Shown: positions 62,828 to 64,000 of the stretch, in pieces
How positions within the stretch are numbered: the stretch's first letter is position 1
How the letters are laid out: every line of letters begins with the position of its first letter
Source of the DNA: an uncultured virus (IMG/VR IMGVR_UViG_3300029288_000091)
Taxonomy: Duplodnaviria > Heunggongvirae > Uroviricota > Caudoviricetes
Reading direction: 5' to 3' (one strand)
Length of the DNA: 64,000 bases
Virus record (IMG/VR): IMGVR_UViG_3300029288_000091
The notes under the pieces: model-generated
The model's database searches: none
Told to the model about the DNA's origin: nothing
What the model saw: the letters and a program-made list of their open reading frames with translations, nothing else
Made by a program: the position numbers and the translations under genes

Positions 62828-64000
62828 CTACATATTAGTTTGAAACTCAACAATATATTTAAGTCTATGTTGTTGATTAGGTCCTGACGAATTATAAATC
62901 ATATTTTCAGAATTATAAAGCCCGCCACCAGGAACAGCGTATACACTATGACAACCACTTGGAGGTTGTCTAAAAAATTGTGAATACGTAACAACATGCG
63001 GTTTACCAACGATTACATCTGCTAGGAACATAAAAACACTATCATTCCCAGAACTTCCCGACCAATAAGCACCTTTACTACCACAATAATTCATGCTTTT
63101 AGAACTTGATTCAGCAAAATAAAGAGCATCTCCAAACATTGAACCAGTATATACGGCTCCAGATGGTCTAATTGTCAATCCTCTTGTAATAATACCAACC
63201 ATATTTTGTGGTCTGGTGCCATGCCATAATGGCCAAACATTAGATTGTGTAAATAATTTCCTCTCGTCATTAGATAAATCTGGGCGCTGTAAAGTAGTAA
63301 ATCTAGGTTTCTCTAATTTTCCACTTATTTCTCTAGACACACGCTCTATATTACTACTAAAATAACCACTTTCTTGCTTTCTGGCAAGCCTATATATGTT
63401 GAAAATTTTAACTTTTCCCAAAAAAGAGTGGTTTGATGCCCTAGTTTCATTAACTAAATTAACTATCCAAGAGTTAACTGGATCCTTAGGATCGAGCCAT
63501 TCCAAATAAGCATTTAATTTTTTATATTGTTCATCTACAATGCTGTCGTTTCCCATAACATTTTCAACATTTTTGGCATCAAGAAATGTATCCAACATAT
63601 CATGCTTAGCCATAATTTTATCCAACGAATTAAGCCTTAATGAAAAAGGATCAATTTTGTGTGGTAATACGTGTGGAATTAAACTATAAAACTGAGATGT
63701 TAAGTTATCATAAACATCTTCATTGGTTTTAGTTTTTGAATTTATTCTACTTTTACAATCATCTAGAACTATTCTACCTTTATCAATCTGTTCTTTAGTT
63801 AATTGTCCCAATGGACACTTAAGAGTCATAGTAATATATTTACCAGTGACACCAAACCAATTTGAAACCAATCTTTGTACTTCTGGATGTAATAAACTTG
63901 CCACTACTGTTTTTTCAGTGGTTCCAGTAATACCAGTCATAGGCTTTTTAATTTGTTGAGCACCATCGGAGCCAACAGAAGTAATAGCTAAATCAACTTC
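62828..64000 (-). CDS. PARP-family ADP-ribosyltransferase (regulatory + catalytic domains), 5'-partial
   Basis: CPLGQLT..QI, FYSLIPH, LWHGT, GSMFG..LYFA..SSKS..Y, NSE.MIY; frame stays open to the window edge. Confidence 0.92.
   Translation of the reverse strand, partial: EVDLAITSVGSDGAQQIKKPMTGITGTTEKTVVASLLHPEVQRLVSNWFGVTGKYITMTLKCPLGQLTKEQIDKGRIVLDDCKSRINSKTKTNEDVYDNLTSQFYSLIPHVLPHKIDPFSLRLNSLDKIMAKHDMLDTFLDAKNVENVMGNDSIVDEQYKKLNAYLEWLDPKDPVNSWIVNLVNETRASNHSFLGKVKIFNIYRLARKQESGYFSSNIERVSREISGKLEKPRFTTLQRPDLSNDERKLFTQSNVWPLWHGTRPQNMVGIITRGLTIRPSGAVYTGSMFGDALYFAESSSKSMNYCGSKGAYWSGSSGNDSVFMFLADVIVGKPHVVTYSQFFRQPPSGCHSVYAVPGGGLYNSENMIYNSSGPNQQHRLKYIVEFQTNM

Overview
This window is an AT-rich, densely packed, almost entirely minus-strand segment that reads as the accessory and metabolic region of a jumbo (huge) bacteriophage. 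That assignment is inferred from gene content: many short orphan ORFs, dispersed tRNAs, numerous homing endonucleases, a portal-like fragment and host-like genes without operon context. Recognisable genes cover nucleotide metabolism (dCMP deaminase, guaB, pyrB, rdgB, purA, purB, DUF5664), DNA repair glycosylases, translation and proteostasis (infC, def, groEL, YqeY, M16/M42 peptidases, thioredoxin), ADP-ribose metabolism (H-Y-E PARP, ADP-ribosylglycohydrolase, Nudix remnant), an L,D-transpeptidase and a Ro60/TROVE protein. Mobile DNA includes a complete IS200/IS605 element (tnpA+tnpB), a 300-bp deletion derivative of it, two LAGLIDADG inteins (in peptide deformylase and an HNH nuclease), and many intact or decayed homing endonucleases. 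The most notable non-coding signals are three Y-RNA-like elements (one with a permuted tRNA-like module) linked to Ro60, an initiator-like tRNA body with a CAA anticodon, and a leader-peptide attenuator just downstream of Ro60. All calls are by manual motif recognition; no searches were run.
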